Source: an uncultured Gemmatimonadales bacterium
GTDB taxonomy: Bacteria; Gemmatimonadota; Gemmatimonadetes; Palauibacterales; Palauibacteraceae
Direction of reading: 5' to 3'
Length of the DNA: 64,000 nt
Assembly: GCA_963783385.1 (NCBI GenBank)
Contig: CAWANJ010000002.1
Coordinates: 64,001 to 128,000, forward strand
Numbering within the stretch: the stretch's first letter is position 1; every line of letters starts with the position of its first letter. This document shows, in pieces, positions 20,766 to 32,008 of the stretch. The translations under genes were made by a program, and so were the position numbers. Under the pieces are notes generated by a model that saw only the letters and a list, made by a program, of their open reading frames with translations, ran no database searches and had not been told where the DNA came from.

Positions 20766-21432
20766 TCACCACGCGGCGATCACGGCGAACCCCGTCTCGT
20801 GCCGGCGAACTTCGGGGATCAGGCCCGCGTCCCGAAGCCAGGCCAGCTCGCTCTCGAGCGGAAAGTAGGTGTCCTCTCCCGCCCAGGCCTCCAGGTGGCC
20901 CTCCGCCTCGGCGCGCGTGAAGGAGCGCTCCAGGTGGGTCAGCCAGGCCTCCCGATCCGCCGCGTCGGCGCGCGGCTCTCCGGCCAGGAAACGGTCGGCG
21001 GAGACCAGGACCCCGCCGGCCCTGAGCGCCGCGGCGCAGCGGGCGTACAGGGCCCGCTTGGTCGTCGCGCTCGGAACGTGGTGCAGCGCCAGGGAGGCCA
21101 CGACCGCATCGCAGGGCGGCAGCGGCGTCTCCAGCAGGTCGCCTTCGAGGAGCCGACCGCGCGGTGAGCGCCGCAGCGGACCGCGTGCCGCCCGCAGCAT
21201 GCCCGGGTCGGCGTCGATCCCGGTCAGGCGGGCGTCGGGCCGGACCTCCAGGCATGCCTCCGCCAGGGCCCCCGTGCCGATCCCCAGGTCGACGATCGTC
21301 GGGATCGGCGGCGGGCAGGTCGGCCAGGACACTGGCCGTGGCGCGCAGCATCGCCTCGTAGCCAGGCACGAAGGCGCGGATGCTCGCGTCGTATTCGTCC
21401 AGCTCGATCCGGAGGTGGCCGGCTACGCCCAT
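20766..21432 (-). CDS. Class I SAM-dependent methyltransferase, frameshift near 21315
   Basis: EYDASIRAFVPGYEAML followed by IVDLGIGTG, GIDADPGML, SLALHHV, LRAGGVLVSAD. Confidence 0.85.
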
Positions 21433-21470
21433 GCGTCCAGTCGGTCCGGGGTGCATCGCGACCGCAAGGG

Positions 21471-22799
21471 TCAGGGTCCCGGCGTTCCGCGGCCGGGTCG
21501 GCGCTCGAACACAACATAGGCCAGGAGGCCCAGGACCGCCGTCCCCAGGGCCCCGAGCACGGCCGGAAGGCCGTAGTCGGGTTGAGTGATCTCCATGCCC
21601 ACCACCGCGACCAGGATCGCCATTGGAACGGCGGCCATCACGGTGACGCCCGCGTCGCCCACGGGGATTCGGAAGGCGCCCCGGAGCTCCGGCTCATGCC
21701 GTCGGAGCGCGATGAGGGCCCCGAACTCGAGCGACAGCGCCATGGCGTACAGGAGCACGTCCGCCACCACCAGGCCCTCGAGCGGGACGAGGGCGAAGGC
21801 CGAGTAGAACACGGCGGCGAACAGGACCGCGTTGCGGGGCGTCCCGTTCCGATCCGTCTTTGCGATGACCGCGGGGAGCATGCCGTCCTCCGCCATGGCC
21901 AGCGGGATCCGCGAGTAGGCCAGGAGAAGCGAGTTGTACAGGGCGAGGGCGCTCAGCATGCCGCCCGCGGCCACGACCACGGCCAGGACCGCGCCCGTCC
22001 CGCCGCCTACCGCCATGCGCACGATCTCCGGCCACTGGCGTCCCCGCCAGCCGGTCCAGTCCGTCGCCGCCAGGGCTGCGGTCAGGGGCACCAGGTAGTT
22101 GAGGACCACCAGGGGAACGCTCCACGCCAGGGCCCGCGGGTAGCTCCGCGTGGCGTCCACGACCTCGCCCTGCACGGTGGAGGCGTTGTCCCAGCCAATG
22201 TAGTTCCACAGCGCCAGGGAGAGAGCCACGCCGATGGCACCCGCTCCCGCATGCTCGGGCGCGTGGAAGGGCACCCAGGGGATGTGACCGACATGGGGCA
22301 GCGCGGCCGCGACGACCGCGACGAACGCGGTCAGGATGAGCCCGCCGGCCACCACCGACACCCGGCCCACGGGCAGCGCCCCGCGCAGGTTGATGGCCGT
22401 GGCGCCCCAGATCACCGCCAGAGCCACGATCCACTGCCGGCCGGCCGTGAGGTGCGGGAAGAAGTAGGCCAGGTAGGTGTTGAACATGACCGGGTAGATG
22501 GCCATGTCGAACAGGGAGTACATCCACGTCCACCATCCGTTCTGGAACGCCCAGAAGCGGCCGAAGGCGCGGTACACCCACCGGTAGTAGCCGCCCTCCT
22601 CGGGGAGCATGCTGGCCAGCTCGCCGACGATCAGCGCCTCCGGCACCGACCAGAAGATGGGCACGAGGAGGAGAATCAGGAGCCCGAGACCCGGCCCCAC
22701 CTTCGCCACGAGCTCCTCGGTCGTGTACGGTCCCCCCGAGGTGCAGAAGTAGAGGATGAAGACGAGGGGGAGGGTGGAGATGGTGCGGCGCAGCCTCAC
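21471..22799 (-). CDS. APC family permease (polyamine/amino-acid transporter-like)
   Basis: About 12 TM; SGGPYTTEE, ELASMLPEEGGYYRWVYRAFG, WNYIGWDNAST; GTG overlaps the upstream TGA. Confidence 0.9.
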   Translation of the reverse strand: MRLRRTISTLPLVFILYFCTSGGPYTTEELVAKVGPGLGLLILLLVPIFWSVPEALIVGELASMLPEEGGYYRWVYRAFGRFWAFQNGWWTWMYSLFDMAIYPVMFNTYLAYFFPHLTAGRQWIVALAVIWGATAINLRGALPVGRVSVVAGGLILTAFVAVVAAALPHVGHIPWVPFHAPEHAGAGAIGVALSLALWNYIGWDNASTVQGEVVDATRSYPRALAWSVPLVVLNYLVPLTAALAATDWTGWRGRQWPEIVRMAVGGGTGAVLAVVVAAGGMLSALALYNSLLLAYSRIPLAMAEDGMLPAVIAKTDRNGTPRNAVLFAAVFYSAFALVPLEGLVVADVLLYAMALSLEFGALIALRRHEPELRGAFRIPVGDAGVTVMAAVPMAILVAVVGMEITQPDYGLPAVLGALGTAVLGLLAYVVFERRPGRGTPGP

Positions 22800-23371
22800 C
22801 GGCCGCTCCGCCGGGGGAGGAGGATCGACCCGACGTGCTCGTCCACCTCGCGCCGGGTCAGGACGACGAGGAGCGCCTCGGCCTCGGTGAGGATGCCGAG
22901 CACGCCGGCCGGCAGGACGAGCCAGTCCAGCCGGCCGGGGAGGAGCAGGGCGGCCACGATGAAAGCGTACAGGATCACCGCGGCCACTTTCGCCGAGTAG
23001 AGGTGGAGATTGCCGAAGCGCCGGAATCGGATCCAGCCGGCCCCGATCGACACCACGAACATCGCCACCCACGCGAGCACGAGGACCGCGTGCGCACGGA
23101 GGAGTTCGGGTCGGAGGAGCCACAGCCACGCGGCGCACGAGGGAAGGAGCAGGTTGTCCGCCAGGGAGTCGAACCGCGCCCCGAACGCCGTGCCGCCCGA
23201 CCCCAGGCGCCGGGCCGCGAATCCGTCGGCCGCGTCCGTGAGCCCGGCCACCAGGAGGCCCCAGCCCACCAGGGCGCCGCGTCCCGCCAGCGCCGCCACC
23301 CACAGGAGGGGCACCAGGACCAGCCGGATCGCCGTGAGGATGTCGGGCAGACGGGCCAGCGCTCGGATCAT
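22796..23371 (-). CDS. CDP-alcohol phosphatidyltransferase family protein
   Basis: PDILTAIR; DAADGFAARRLG..FGARFDSLAD signature. Confidence 0.9.
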   Translation of the reverse strand: MIRALARLPDILTAIRLVLVPLLWVAALAGRGALVGWGLLVAGLTDAADGFAARRLGSGGTAFGARFDSLADNLLLPSCAAWLWLLRPELLRAHAVLVLAWVAMFVVSIGAGWIRFRRFGNLHLYSAKVAAVILYAFIVAALLLPGRLDWLVLPAGVLGILTEAEALLVVLTRREVDEHVGSILLPRRSGR

Positions 23372-23410
23372 GGTCTCGCCTCCACGGTTACGACCTCGGC
23401 CGGCGCCCGC

Positions 23411-24106
23411 CTACGAGCCCCCGAGCCGGCGCCGGTCACGGCGGGCTCGCCCCAGCCGGCGCCGGGCCTCGCCCGCGGACTCGCCCGGCTCGCGCTCCTC
23501 GACGTGCACGCCGCCCATGACCGCGAGCCCGCGCACCCGGAGGACCGGCGCGCCGGGGTCCGTCACCGGCTCGACCTGGCGGTGGTCGAAGCCGCCCATG
23601 ATGCCGAGCCCGTGCGCTTCCACCCGGATCCCGGGCGGGACCACGATGTGGACACCGCCCATCACGGCCAGCACCTCGACGTCGGTGACCGGGGCCCCGA
23701 ACCGGGCCTGCCGGAAATCGAGCTCGACGCCGCCCATCGCCGCCAGCACGCGGAGCTCGCGCGGAGGCACCCAGGTTCCCTCCCGCCTCGAGCCGCCCAG
23801 TAGGGCGAGCACGTAGCCGTTCTCGCGGGGCGTGACGCCGGGCTCGAGGCGGGGAGCGTCGGTCGCGGTCGCGGCCGGCTCCGGCGGGCGGAGCTCGGCC
23901 TCGACCGGGAGGGCGGGAAGGTCCCGGACCAGGGCGTCGAGCGCACCCCGGTCGGGCGCGGCGATGGCCGAGTCCAGCCGCCGCTCGAGCTCCTCCACCT
24001 CCAGGTGGTCGCGCGAGAAGTGGCGCGTGAGCTCCTGGATGGTGCGCTCCCGCTCCTCCTCCAGCGTGCGGGCGGGGCGGGCCGGGGGTCCGGCGTCCGC
24101 GCTCAT
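23411..24106 (-). CDS. DUF1707 (SHOCT-like) plus LiaF/DUF2154-like domain protein
   Basis: ERERTIQEL..ELERRL..LVRDLP; AAMGGVELDFRQA, VMGGVHIVVPPG, GLAVMGGVHV. Confidence 0.85.
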   Translation of the reverse strand: MSADAGPPARPARTLEEERERTIQELTRHFSRDHLEVEELERRLDSAIAAPDRGALDALVRDLPALPVEAELRPPEPAATATDAPRLEPGVTPRENGYVLALLGGSRREGTWVPPRELRVLAAMGGVELDFRQARFGAPVTDVEVLAVMGGVHIVVPPGIRVEAHGLGIMGGFDHRQVEPVTDPGAPVLRVRGLAVMGGVHVEEREPGESAGEARRRLGRARRDRRRLGGS

Positions 24107-24309
24107 GTGCGCTGCTCCGTCTCCACGCTCGTCCTCCCTCCGGGCTCCGAGCGGCGGTCACGCGCCCCGCTCCTCTGCGAGGATCGGGCTCGCCGATCCT
24201 GGGATCCAGACCCAAGATCGCCCCCCGCCGGCCGGCCGTCGAGCCATCGCCTTGTCCGCGTCCACCGAATCGCCCTATGGTCCTCGGCTGAACCTACAGG
24301 AGGAGTCGC

Positions 24310-27300
24310 ATGTCACGCGCAGCATTCGCCCACGGTGCCCGCCACGGCTTCCTCGCCGCCGCTCTCGTCGCACTCCTCGCCCTGCCGGTGGGGCTCTCGG
24401 CCCAGTCACCGCCGGCCACGGACGCGGCGCTCGGCGCGCTGCGGTGGCGGAGCATCGGGCCCTACGTGGGCGGACGCGTGGTCGCGGTGACGGGCGTCCG
24501 CGGTCATCCCGACCTGTTCTACATGGGGGCGGTGGATGGCGGGATCTGGAAGAGCACGGACTACGGCCTCCAGTGGACCAATCTCTCCGACGGCGCGCTG
24601 CCGGGATCGAGCGAGAGCATCGGCGCTCTCGCGGTCGCCCCCTCCAATCCGCAGGTCCTCTACGCCGGCACGGGCGAGAACGACATTCGCGGCGATATGA
24701 TCACCGGGGACGGCGTGTTCCGCTCGGCCGACGGCGGCACGACGTGGACGGAGGCCGGGCTGGCCGACACGCACACGATCAGCGGCCTGGTGGTGGACCC
24801 GAGGAGCTCCGACGTGGTCTACGCCTCCTCGATGGGCCACGTGTTCGTGCCCGGGCCGCACCGCGGCGTGTTCAAGTCCACCGATGGCGGGAAGACGTGG
24901 ACGAAGGTGCTGTTCGTGAACGACAGCACGGGCGTGATCGACCTCGTGATGGACCCACAGCACCCCGACGTGCTGTACGCGGCGGCCTGGCAGGCCTACC
25001 GGAAGCCATGGAAGCTGTCGAGCGGCGGCCCGGGAAGCTCACTCTACAAGACGACGGACGGCGGACAGCACTGGACGAAGCTCTCGGGCAACCCGGGCTT
25101 CCCCGGGGGCGTGCTCGGGAAGATCGGGGTGGCCGTCGCGGCCAGCCAGCCGAACGTGGTCTACGCCACCGTCCAGGCGAAGCGGGGCGGGGTGTTCCGC
25201 TCCGACGACGGCGGCGCCACCTGGAGCCGGGTCAACGACGCCTGGAAGCTCCGGCAACGCGCCTTCTACTACATGGCCATCTTCGTCGACCCGAAGGACC
25301 CGAACACCGTCTACATGCCCGAGGTGGACGCGCTGTTCGTGTCGCACGACGGCGCCAAGAGCTTCTCCGAGCTCCACACGCCGCACGGGGACAACCACAC
25401 GCTGTGGATCGACCCCGACGACCCGAGCATCCTGCTCGAGGGGAACGACGGCGGGGCGACGGTCTCGACGGACGGCGGCAAGAGCTGGAGCACGGAGCAC
25501 AACCAGCCCACGGGCCAGTTCTACAGCGTGAACCTGGACCACCGGTTCCCCTTCCACGTGTACGGCGCGCAGCAGGACGAGGGCTCCACCGAGGGACCCA
25601 GCTCCACGAGCCACGACGGGATCCCGCTGTCCGCCTGGAAGGAGACGGCCTACGGCGAGAGCACGCCGTCCGTGCCCGAGCCGGGGAACCCGGCCGTCAC
25701 CTACGGAAGCGGCTACTTCAGCATCTTCCTGCGCTTCGACGATTCCACGTCCCAGTTCCAGAGCGTGAGCCCGTGGCCGAACTACCAGGAGGGAGCCTCG
25801 GCCGGCGAGCTCAAGTACCGGTTCGCGTGGACGCACCCGATCCTGTTCTCACCGTCGAAGCCGGACGAGCTGTTCGTCGGCTCGCAGTACGTCATGCGCA
25901 GCCTGGACCACGGCCGCAGCTGGAAGGTGATCAGCCCCGACCTGACGCGAAACGACCCGGCCACCGAAGCCCCCACCGGCGGGCCCATCGACCTGGACCA
26001 GTCGGGCGCCGAGATCTACCCGTACGTATCCGCCCTGGCCGTGTCCCCGAAGGACGACGGCGTGATCTGGGCGGGCTCCTCGGACGGGCTCGTGCACGTC
26101 ACGCGCGGACGGCGGGGCGCATTGGAAGACGGTGACGCCGCCGGGGCTCCCGAGGGAGTTCCGGACGAGCGCGATCGAGCCCTCGCACGTGGACGCCGGG
26201 CACCGCCTACATGGTCGTGCGGCGCTACATGTGGGACGACTTCACGCCCTACGTGTTCAGGACCACCGACTACGGGGCGCACTGGACGTCGATCACGAAG
26301 GGACTGCCGGCCGACCAGTACGCGTGGGCGATCCGCCAGGACCCGCGCGACCCCGACCTCCTGTTCCTCGGGACCGAGACCACCGTGTACGTGAGCCTGG
26401 ACGGCGGGGCCGGCTGGCGGCCGCTGTCGCTCAACCTGCCGCCCGTCCAGGTCCGGGACGTGGCGGTCGACACGCGGCAGGGCGAGGTCGTGATCGCCAC
26501 GCACGGGCGGTCCTTCTGGATCCTGGACGACCTGGCGCTCCTCGAGCAGCGGACGAAGCGGGGAGCGGTGGCCGCCGACAGCACGGCGCTGTTCGCCCCC
26601 GAGCGCGTCTGGCTGAGCCACGCGTACGGCAAGCCCTCCCGCGAGCGGTCCGGAGGCACGTCGGGCGAAAACCCGCCCTTCGGGGCCACGGTCTTCTTCC
26701 GCGTGCCCGCGAGCTGGGACGGACACACGCCCGTGCAACTCGCGTTCTCGGACGCCCGTGGCCGCACGATCCGGAGCTTCGAGCTGCACATGAAGCGGAA
26801 GGGGAGCGCCGCCGGACACCGCGGCGGCCGCGGAACGGACCCCGGCCGAGCGGAAGGCGGCCGCCGAGCGCAAGCTCACGGCGATCGAGCCGGGCACGAA
26901 CCGGTTCCAGTGGGACCTGCGTTACCCGGATGCCACGGAAGTGAAGGGCTTCCACACGCCGGTGCCGGCGGGCGGGCTTCCCGACGACGTCAACGGGCCG
27001 GTGGTGGCGCCGGGCCACTACCGGGTCACCCTGGAGTACGGGGGCCGCGAGCTGTCGGAGAGCTTCGACGTCTCCCTGGATCCGAGGATCCGGGCCACGC
27101 AGAGGAGCTGGAGGACCGCCTGGCGCTCCAGCTCCGCATCCACGCGGCGCTCGACTCCCTGGACCGGGCCCTGAACCGCGCCATCGACGTCCGGGACAGC
27201 CTGGCCACGGCCGCCGGCTCGAGCCCGTCGTCGGGACAGAAGGCGGCCCTCGACGGGCTCGGCGGGACCATCGGTGATCTCGTGCAGCTCGACACCCATT

Positions 27301-27524
27301 CCAGCGAGGGCACGCTGCTGCACGAGACCAGGCTCCGGAGCCACCTGGCCTACCTGGCCTCGGACCTCGACCTGGCCTACGCGGAGCCGACGCCCGCGCA
27401 GCGGGCCGTGTTTCGTGAGCTGGCCGCTGAGGCCCGAAGGGGCGAGAAGGCGCTGGCGGCCGCGGCCGCGAAGGCGAGGTCGGCGCGCCAGGCGCCTACA
27501 GCCGCCACAGGTAGCTGGCCTTGA
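24310..27524 (+). CDS. Second secreted VPS10/BNR-repeat protein, frameshifted (about 26110, 26200, 26815, 27100)
   Basis: AGGAGG RBS; signal peptide; LRWRSIGPYVGGRV, Asp-boxes, HGDNH, QPTGQFY, YRFAWTHPI, IATHGRSFWILDD, GTNRFQWDLRY. Confidence 0.88.
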
Positions 27525-29848
27525 TGAAGAAGCCGTCGTTGACGCGCCGGAGCCCCGGACTCGAGAGGCTGAACGCCTCGGGCTGGGTGAGCAGCACGCC
27601 GTAGCCGAAGAAGAACACCGTGCCGGGTGACGGCTTGAAGGAGAACAGGACGTCGTTCCGGAAGGTGTTCGAGGTGAAGCCCGCCCCCGACACGTAGTCC
27701 GCGGCGGCCGTGTCGAAGGGCGCCAGCGGCTCGCCGGTGCGCGGGTCGTGCAGCGTCGCCTGACGCTGGGCCACGTACTGGCCGATGTAGCGCACGAACA
27801 GGGGTCGGCTGAGCTGGAAGTCGACCTCGAGCCGCGGGATGTTGGCCAGCGCGAACTCGCTCCCGTCCCGCGACCGGGTGATGCGGTCGTGGACCCACGA
27901 GGCTGACACCCGCAGGGCCTGGGTCGGCTTCCAGGCCAGCGACAGCGTCGTGTTCAGCTCCCGGCCCTCGCTCGCCTCCTCGAAGATCGCGGCCCCGCCG
28001 TACGACCCGCTCCCCGACACCTGGAGTGCCCGGTTCGGACTCGAGAAGCCGAGCGAGCCCCTCCAGAAGTGGTGCGTGCCGCCGGGCACCCGGAAGGCGA
28101 CGGTGTCCGCGCCGCGCACCACCCCGTAGCCGGCGAAGGCGGCCGTGTCGAACCGGACGGGGTTGTCGTTCAGGCTGGTGTTAACGCTCCATCCGCCCCG
28201 GAGGGTCGCGTTCCAGTTGTTGCCGTAGGTCCCCTCGATCGGGCTGCGGGCGTGCAGGAAGTCCTCGTAGCGCCACAGCGGCTGGACCATGAAGTAGGTC
28301 GAGAGCCGTTCGATCAGGGCCCCGGGCGCGCCGTACCAGGTGAAGCGGTTGAACAGTCGGCTGGAGACGACGCCCGTGCGGTTCACGAAGCCGCTCTGCG
28401 CCCGGAAGCCGGGGCTCACGCCCTCGAACTCGAAGTGGTTGCCGTAGTTCCTCCCCGTGCGGTCGCCGAGCACCAGGTCCCACAGCAGCCCGTCGTTCGA
28501 GCCGGTGCCGTCGCCCGTCCACGAGCGCACCAGCTGCAGCCTGCGAGAACCACTTCTTGAGCCACACGACCCGTGCGTCGCCGCCCGCGACGCGGTTGTA
28601 GGCGCTCCCCTCGATCCGGTCCGTGTACACGAGGCCGAGCGTGGAGCTGGCCCCGAGGTCGCGGCGCACCCGCAGGAGGTTGAACACCGGGTTTTCGCCC
28701 GTGAGCGGGTCGCGCGTGTCGACCGCGCCCAGGTAGGCCACGTTCGTGGAGCCCACCTTGCCGATCAGCTTGGCGCCCGCCACCGGCTGCACGATCTGAC
28801 GGGTGTAGATGAGCGTGTTAGGGGTGTCGTACTGCTCGAGGCCATCCAGGAAGAAGGGTCGCTTCTCGGGATAGAACAGGGCGAAGCGCTGGTTCACCGT
28901 CACCTGGGCCACGTCCGCCTCGACCTGGGAGAAATCGGGGTGGGCCGTGGCGGCCAGCCCCAGGTTGTTGGTGATCCCCCAGTGCAGCGTGCCGCCCACC
29001 TCCGGCGTGGTCGTGTAACCGTACCCCGAACTCCCCGGCGCACCGTCGATCCGCGTCGTGACCTCGGGATTGACGTCCATGACCAGGCCGCGCTCCAGGT
29101 CGTGCAGCCCCACCAGCGTCCCCGACTGGATGAGGAAGCTGGCGTTGGCCCGCACCACCGGGGTCCAGGTGTCCTCGTAGCCCGAGTGCTGGACCCGGCG
29201 CACGACCTGGAGACCCCAGGTCTGCGTCTTCGTGCTCTGGTAACGCAGGCTCTTGAACGGGATCCGGATCTCGACCTGGTAGCCCCAGTCGGTCACGTGG
29301 CCCCGGGACCGCCACACGAAGTCGGGGTTCAGGTCAACGTTGCCGTCGAAGCGGCCATTGGTGTTGTTGCCGCCCGCCGTGCCGAACTGGCCCTCGCTCC
29401 GCACCCCGTCCTCCTGGATGCCCAGCGGGTTGACCGCGAACTCGAGGGCCCGCCGGTGGTCGTCGTACGTGTCGAGGAGGATCTGGACGTTGTCGTCCGC
29501 GTCGATCGCGTCGCGGTCGGCCAGCGTGGCCCGCACGGCGCCGCGGCCGTGCGGCTCGAAGGCGCGCACCCCGAAGTAGATGGCCCGCGGACCGTACCAC
29601 ACGAGAATCTCGGTCGAGTCGGTGGCGGGCAGGCCATCGACGGGCTGGTACTGGGAGAAACCGGTGAGCACGGCGGCCCGGCGCCAGGCCGCTTCGTCCA
29701 GCTCGCCGTCGACGATGATCGTCGACGAGTCGACCCGCGGGATTCGGACGGCAAGCTGATGGGCCCGGCCGTCGTACACGGAGCCGGTGTCCTGCCCCGG
29801 AGGCGCGGCCTGCGCGGCGGCGAGAGTGAGAAGCAGCGGGACCAGCAC
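27496..29848 (-). CDS. DUF5916 outer-membrane protein with CBM9-like N-terminal domain, frameshift near 28540
   Basis: VDGELDEAAW, FAVNPLGIQEDG, EIRIPFKSLRY, PDFSQVEAD, YPEKRPFFLDG, YTRQI; C-terminal FFIKASYLWRL. Confidence 0.9.
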
Positions 29849-29919
29849 GAGTATGCACGTCCAGGGTTCGAGTCGAGCGCTACAGGCTGGCGGGGCCGGA
29901 CCCGGGCGTCAAGGGAAGA
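29663..29919. repeat. Repeat A (5' end and upstream region of the DUF5916 gene); diverged copy at 31683..31945
   Basis: Shared anchors ggtgagcacggc, cagctcgccgtc, ccgcgggat, gagaagcag, accagcacg, gagcgctacaggctg, gtcaagggaaga. Confidence 0.88.
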
Positions 29920-30103
29920 GACGCGCACGGGGAGGGTGGCGGGTTCCCGTGTCGGCCGGTGCCGACGCCGCGGCGCCGGTCACCGGAATGCCACAGAAGT
30001 CCCCAGGGTCTGTGGCAAAGGGACCACATCGCGGCGCCCGTCCTCCGGCCTCGGAATCCGTCGGAAGGGACTCCCTAGCAGCCGTTCCAGAGGTCTGAGC
30101 CGA

Positions 30104-30117
30104 GGCACAGAGATTGC
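30104..30117 (+). promoter_or_regulatory. Sigma54 (-24/-12) promoter candidate
   Basis: GGCACAGAGATTGC = GGCAC-N5-TTGC with GG-N10-GC spacing, about 105 bp upstream of the methyltransferase ATG. Confidence 0.6.
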
Positions 30118-30223
30118 CTTTATGGACGCGATGGAGCCCGCGCGAGAATTCCGACGGTGGCCCGTCGGCACGCTTTCTGGTACGGCACGTGTCAACTCTG
30201 TCCGAGCCGGGGACCAACGAAAA

Positions 30224-30958
30224 ATGGACACCACACATTTGTTGGGTGAGATTCGCCACCGCATCCGCCGAACCCTCCACCTCTCCACCCCCGCCCATCG
30301 TCCCCTGTCCGCCCGACTCGACGCCGCGGGGTGGTGGGACCACCTTTACTCCACCTACGCTCCCTACTCGGCGGTCGGCAACTTCGCCTTCGACGAGGAG
30401 TGGAACCAGCGGGAGCACGCGCAGCGATGGGACTTCGTCACCTCCGTGCTCGAGCCCGACGTCTCCCTGTCGGGGACGAGGGTCCTGGAGGCGGGCTGCG
30501 GGCCCGGCATGTTCACGATGCGCCTGCTCGAGGCCGGGGCACGGGTGACGGCGTTCGACATTTCGTCCGTGGCGATCGACCGGTGGAAGGAGTTCGTGGG
30601 GCCCACGGATCGGGCGGACGTCCGCCAGGCCACGATGGAGGACTTCACCAGTACGGATCGCTTCGATCTCGTCCTGTGTCTCGGCGTGCTGGTTTCGATC
30701 CGGGAGGACGCGGTCCAGGAGCGGGCGTTCCTCAACCTGGCCTCTTACCTGAAGGAGCCCGGTTACCTGCTGGTCGAGGAGATGCTCGCCGATGTTCCCG
30801 AGGCCCGCACCGACCACCCCCAGCTCAGGTTCCGTAGCCTGGAGGAGTACCGGTCGCTGGCCGACCGGGCGGGCCTGCGGCTGGTGCGCGATGTGACCCG
30901 CCCGGCACGGGTCGAGGGCCGGCCCTGGCACGCGCTGCTGTTCGCCCGGCGAGACTAG
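30224..30958 (+). CDS. Class I SAM-dependent methyltransferase (cargo 1)
   Basis: RVLEAGCGPG, VTAFDIS, FDLVLCLGVL, LKEPGYLLVEE. Confidence 0.85.
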   Translation: MDTTHLLGEIRHRIRRTLHLSTPAHRPLSARLDAAGWWDHLYSTYAPYSAVGNFAFDEEWNQREHAQRWDFVTSVLEPDVSLSGTRVLEAGCGPGMFTMRLLEAGARVTAFDISSVAIDRWKEFVGPTDRADVRQATMEDFTSTDRFDLVLCLGVLVSIREDAVQERAFLNLASYLKEPGYLLVEEMLADVPEARTDHPQLRFRSLEEYRSLADRAGLRLVRDVTRPARVEGRPWHALLFARRD

Positions 30959-31019
30959 ACTGGCGGGACTGGCGGGGCGCACGCGGCGCGCCGCCGCGCT
31001 CGCACGCAGCCAGGATCTT

Positions 31020-31684
31020 CCCTCGGCGGAGCACCTGTTTCGGCCCCCAGGCGGCAAGCTGTTCGAGGAGGTTTCGCAGCCTGCGCAGCTCCCCCCGGAA
31101 CTCCTTCGCCCGGCGTACCTGCTCCAGAAGCTCCCGGAGGGCTTCGACGCGGCCACGGAGCAGGGACCCGGCCAGCGCCCTGAGCACCGGAGCGACCTCG
31201 TCCCGGCCCCAGTAGTAGTGCGGCAGCGCCTCCACGTCCCTGGCCCGCCACCAGCGCTCCAGGCCCGGACCAGCGCCCCGGCGGAAGTAGTAGCGCTCCT
31301 TGATCGTACCGCGGACCTTGCCGACCGGCTCCCGGTCCTCGATGAACGAGGCCGTGACCGGGTCCCGCGACAGGCTTTCGCGCAGGGCTTCCAGCGGACG
31401 ATGGCGCCACGTTCGGCCCCTCGGCATGGACGCCGACCGCCCGGTCTCCGTCGAACACGACCTCCGTGACCCGCGTTCGGTCCCGCAGCTCGGCGCCCGC
31501 CTCGACCGCCGTCCGCTGCAGGATCCCGTCAAGCCGCTCGCGTCGCGGGCAGCACTCGACGCGTCCCTCGCCGAAGCCGGTGTCCACGCAGGCGTCACCC
31601 TTGCCGATGCGGGCGCGCCGGGCCAGGCGCACCTCCGCCAGCACGTCCCCGGCCACCCCCAGCTCGGCGAGCATGTCGAAGTGG
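31020..31684 (-). pseudogene. Copy of the deleted FAD-dependent oxidoreductase remnant
   Basis: Same peptide blocks as 33474..34150 but with a different C-terminal tail. Confidence 0.7.
31087..31684. repeat. Repeat B copy 1 (about 600 bp, ungapped; copy 2 at 33514..34111)
   Basis: Constant offset 2427; about ten substitutions counted by eye. Confidence 0.95.
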
Positions 31685-31945
31685 TGAGCACGGCAGCCGC
31701 CTCCAGGCGGCTCGTCAGCTCGCCGTCAACTTGAGGCTGACTAGTTCGACCGCGGGATCCGGACGGTGAGCTGACGGGCCTGGCTGTCGTAGACGGAATC
31801 GGGGTCCTGCATGAGGGCACCGCTTGCGGGGGTGCAGCCTGCGCCGTCGTCAGCGCGAGAAGCAGTGGAACCAGCACGTATGGACATCCAGAGCTCAGAG
31901 TGAGCGCTACAGGCTGCCGGGAGGCGCCCGAACGTCAAGGGAAGA
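31683..31945 (-). pseudogene. Degenerate duplicate of the DUF5916 5' end and upstream region (repeat A')
   Basis: MLVPLLLALTTAQAAPP / QDPDSVYDSQARQLTVRIPR / VDGEL..AAVLT versus MLVPLLLTLAAAQAAPPGQDTGSVYDGRAHQLAVRIPR..VDGELDEAAWRRAAVLT; frame broken by indels. Confidence 0.88.
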
Positions 31946-32008
31946 CGCCGTCGCCGGCGCGCGACCCGGGCTCCGGGACCCATGCTGCCAGTTCCTGCAA
32001 CTCGCGTC

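Noticed and set aside
5083-29848. Programmed frameshifting or phase variation in the VPS10, POP, tricorn and DUF5916 genes
   Set aside because: Several breaks per gene, no shared slippery heptamer or long repeat tract; sequencing indels are simpler.
29864-29880. GGTTCGAGTC T-loop-like motif suggesting a tRNA attachment site in repeat A
   Set aside because: No T-stem, acceptor stem or CCA; motif not kept in A'.
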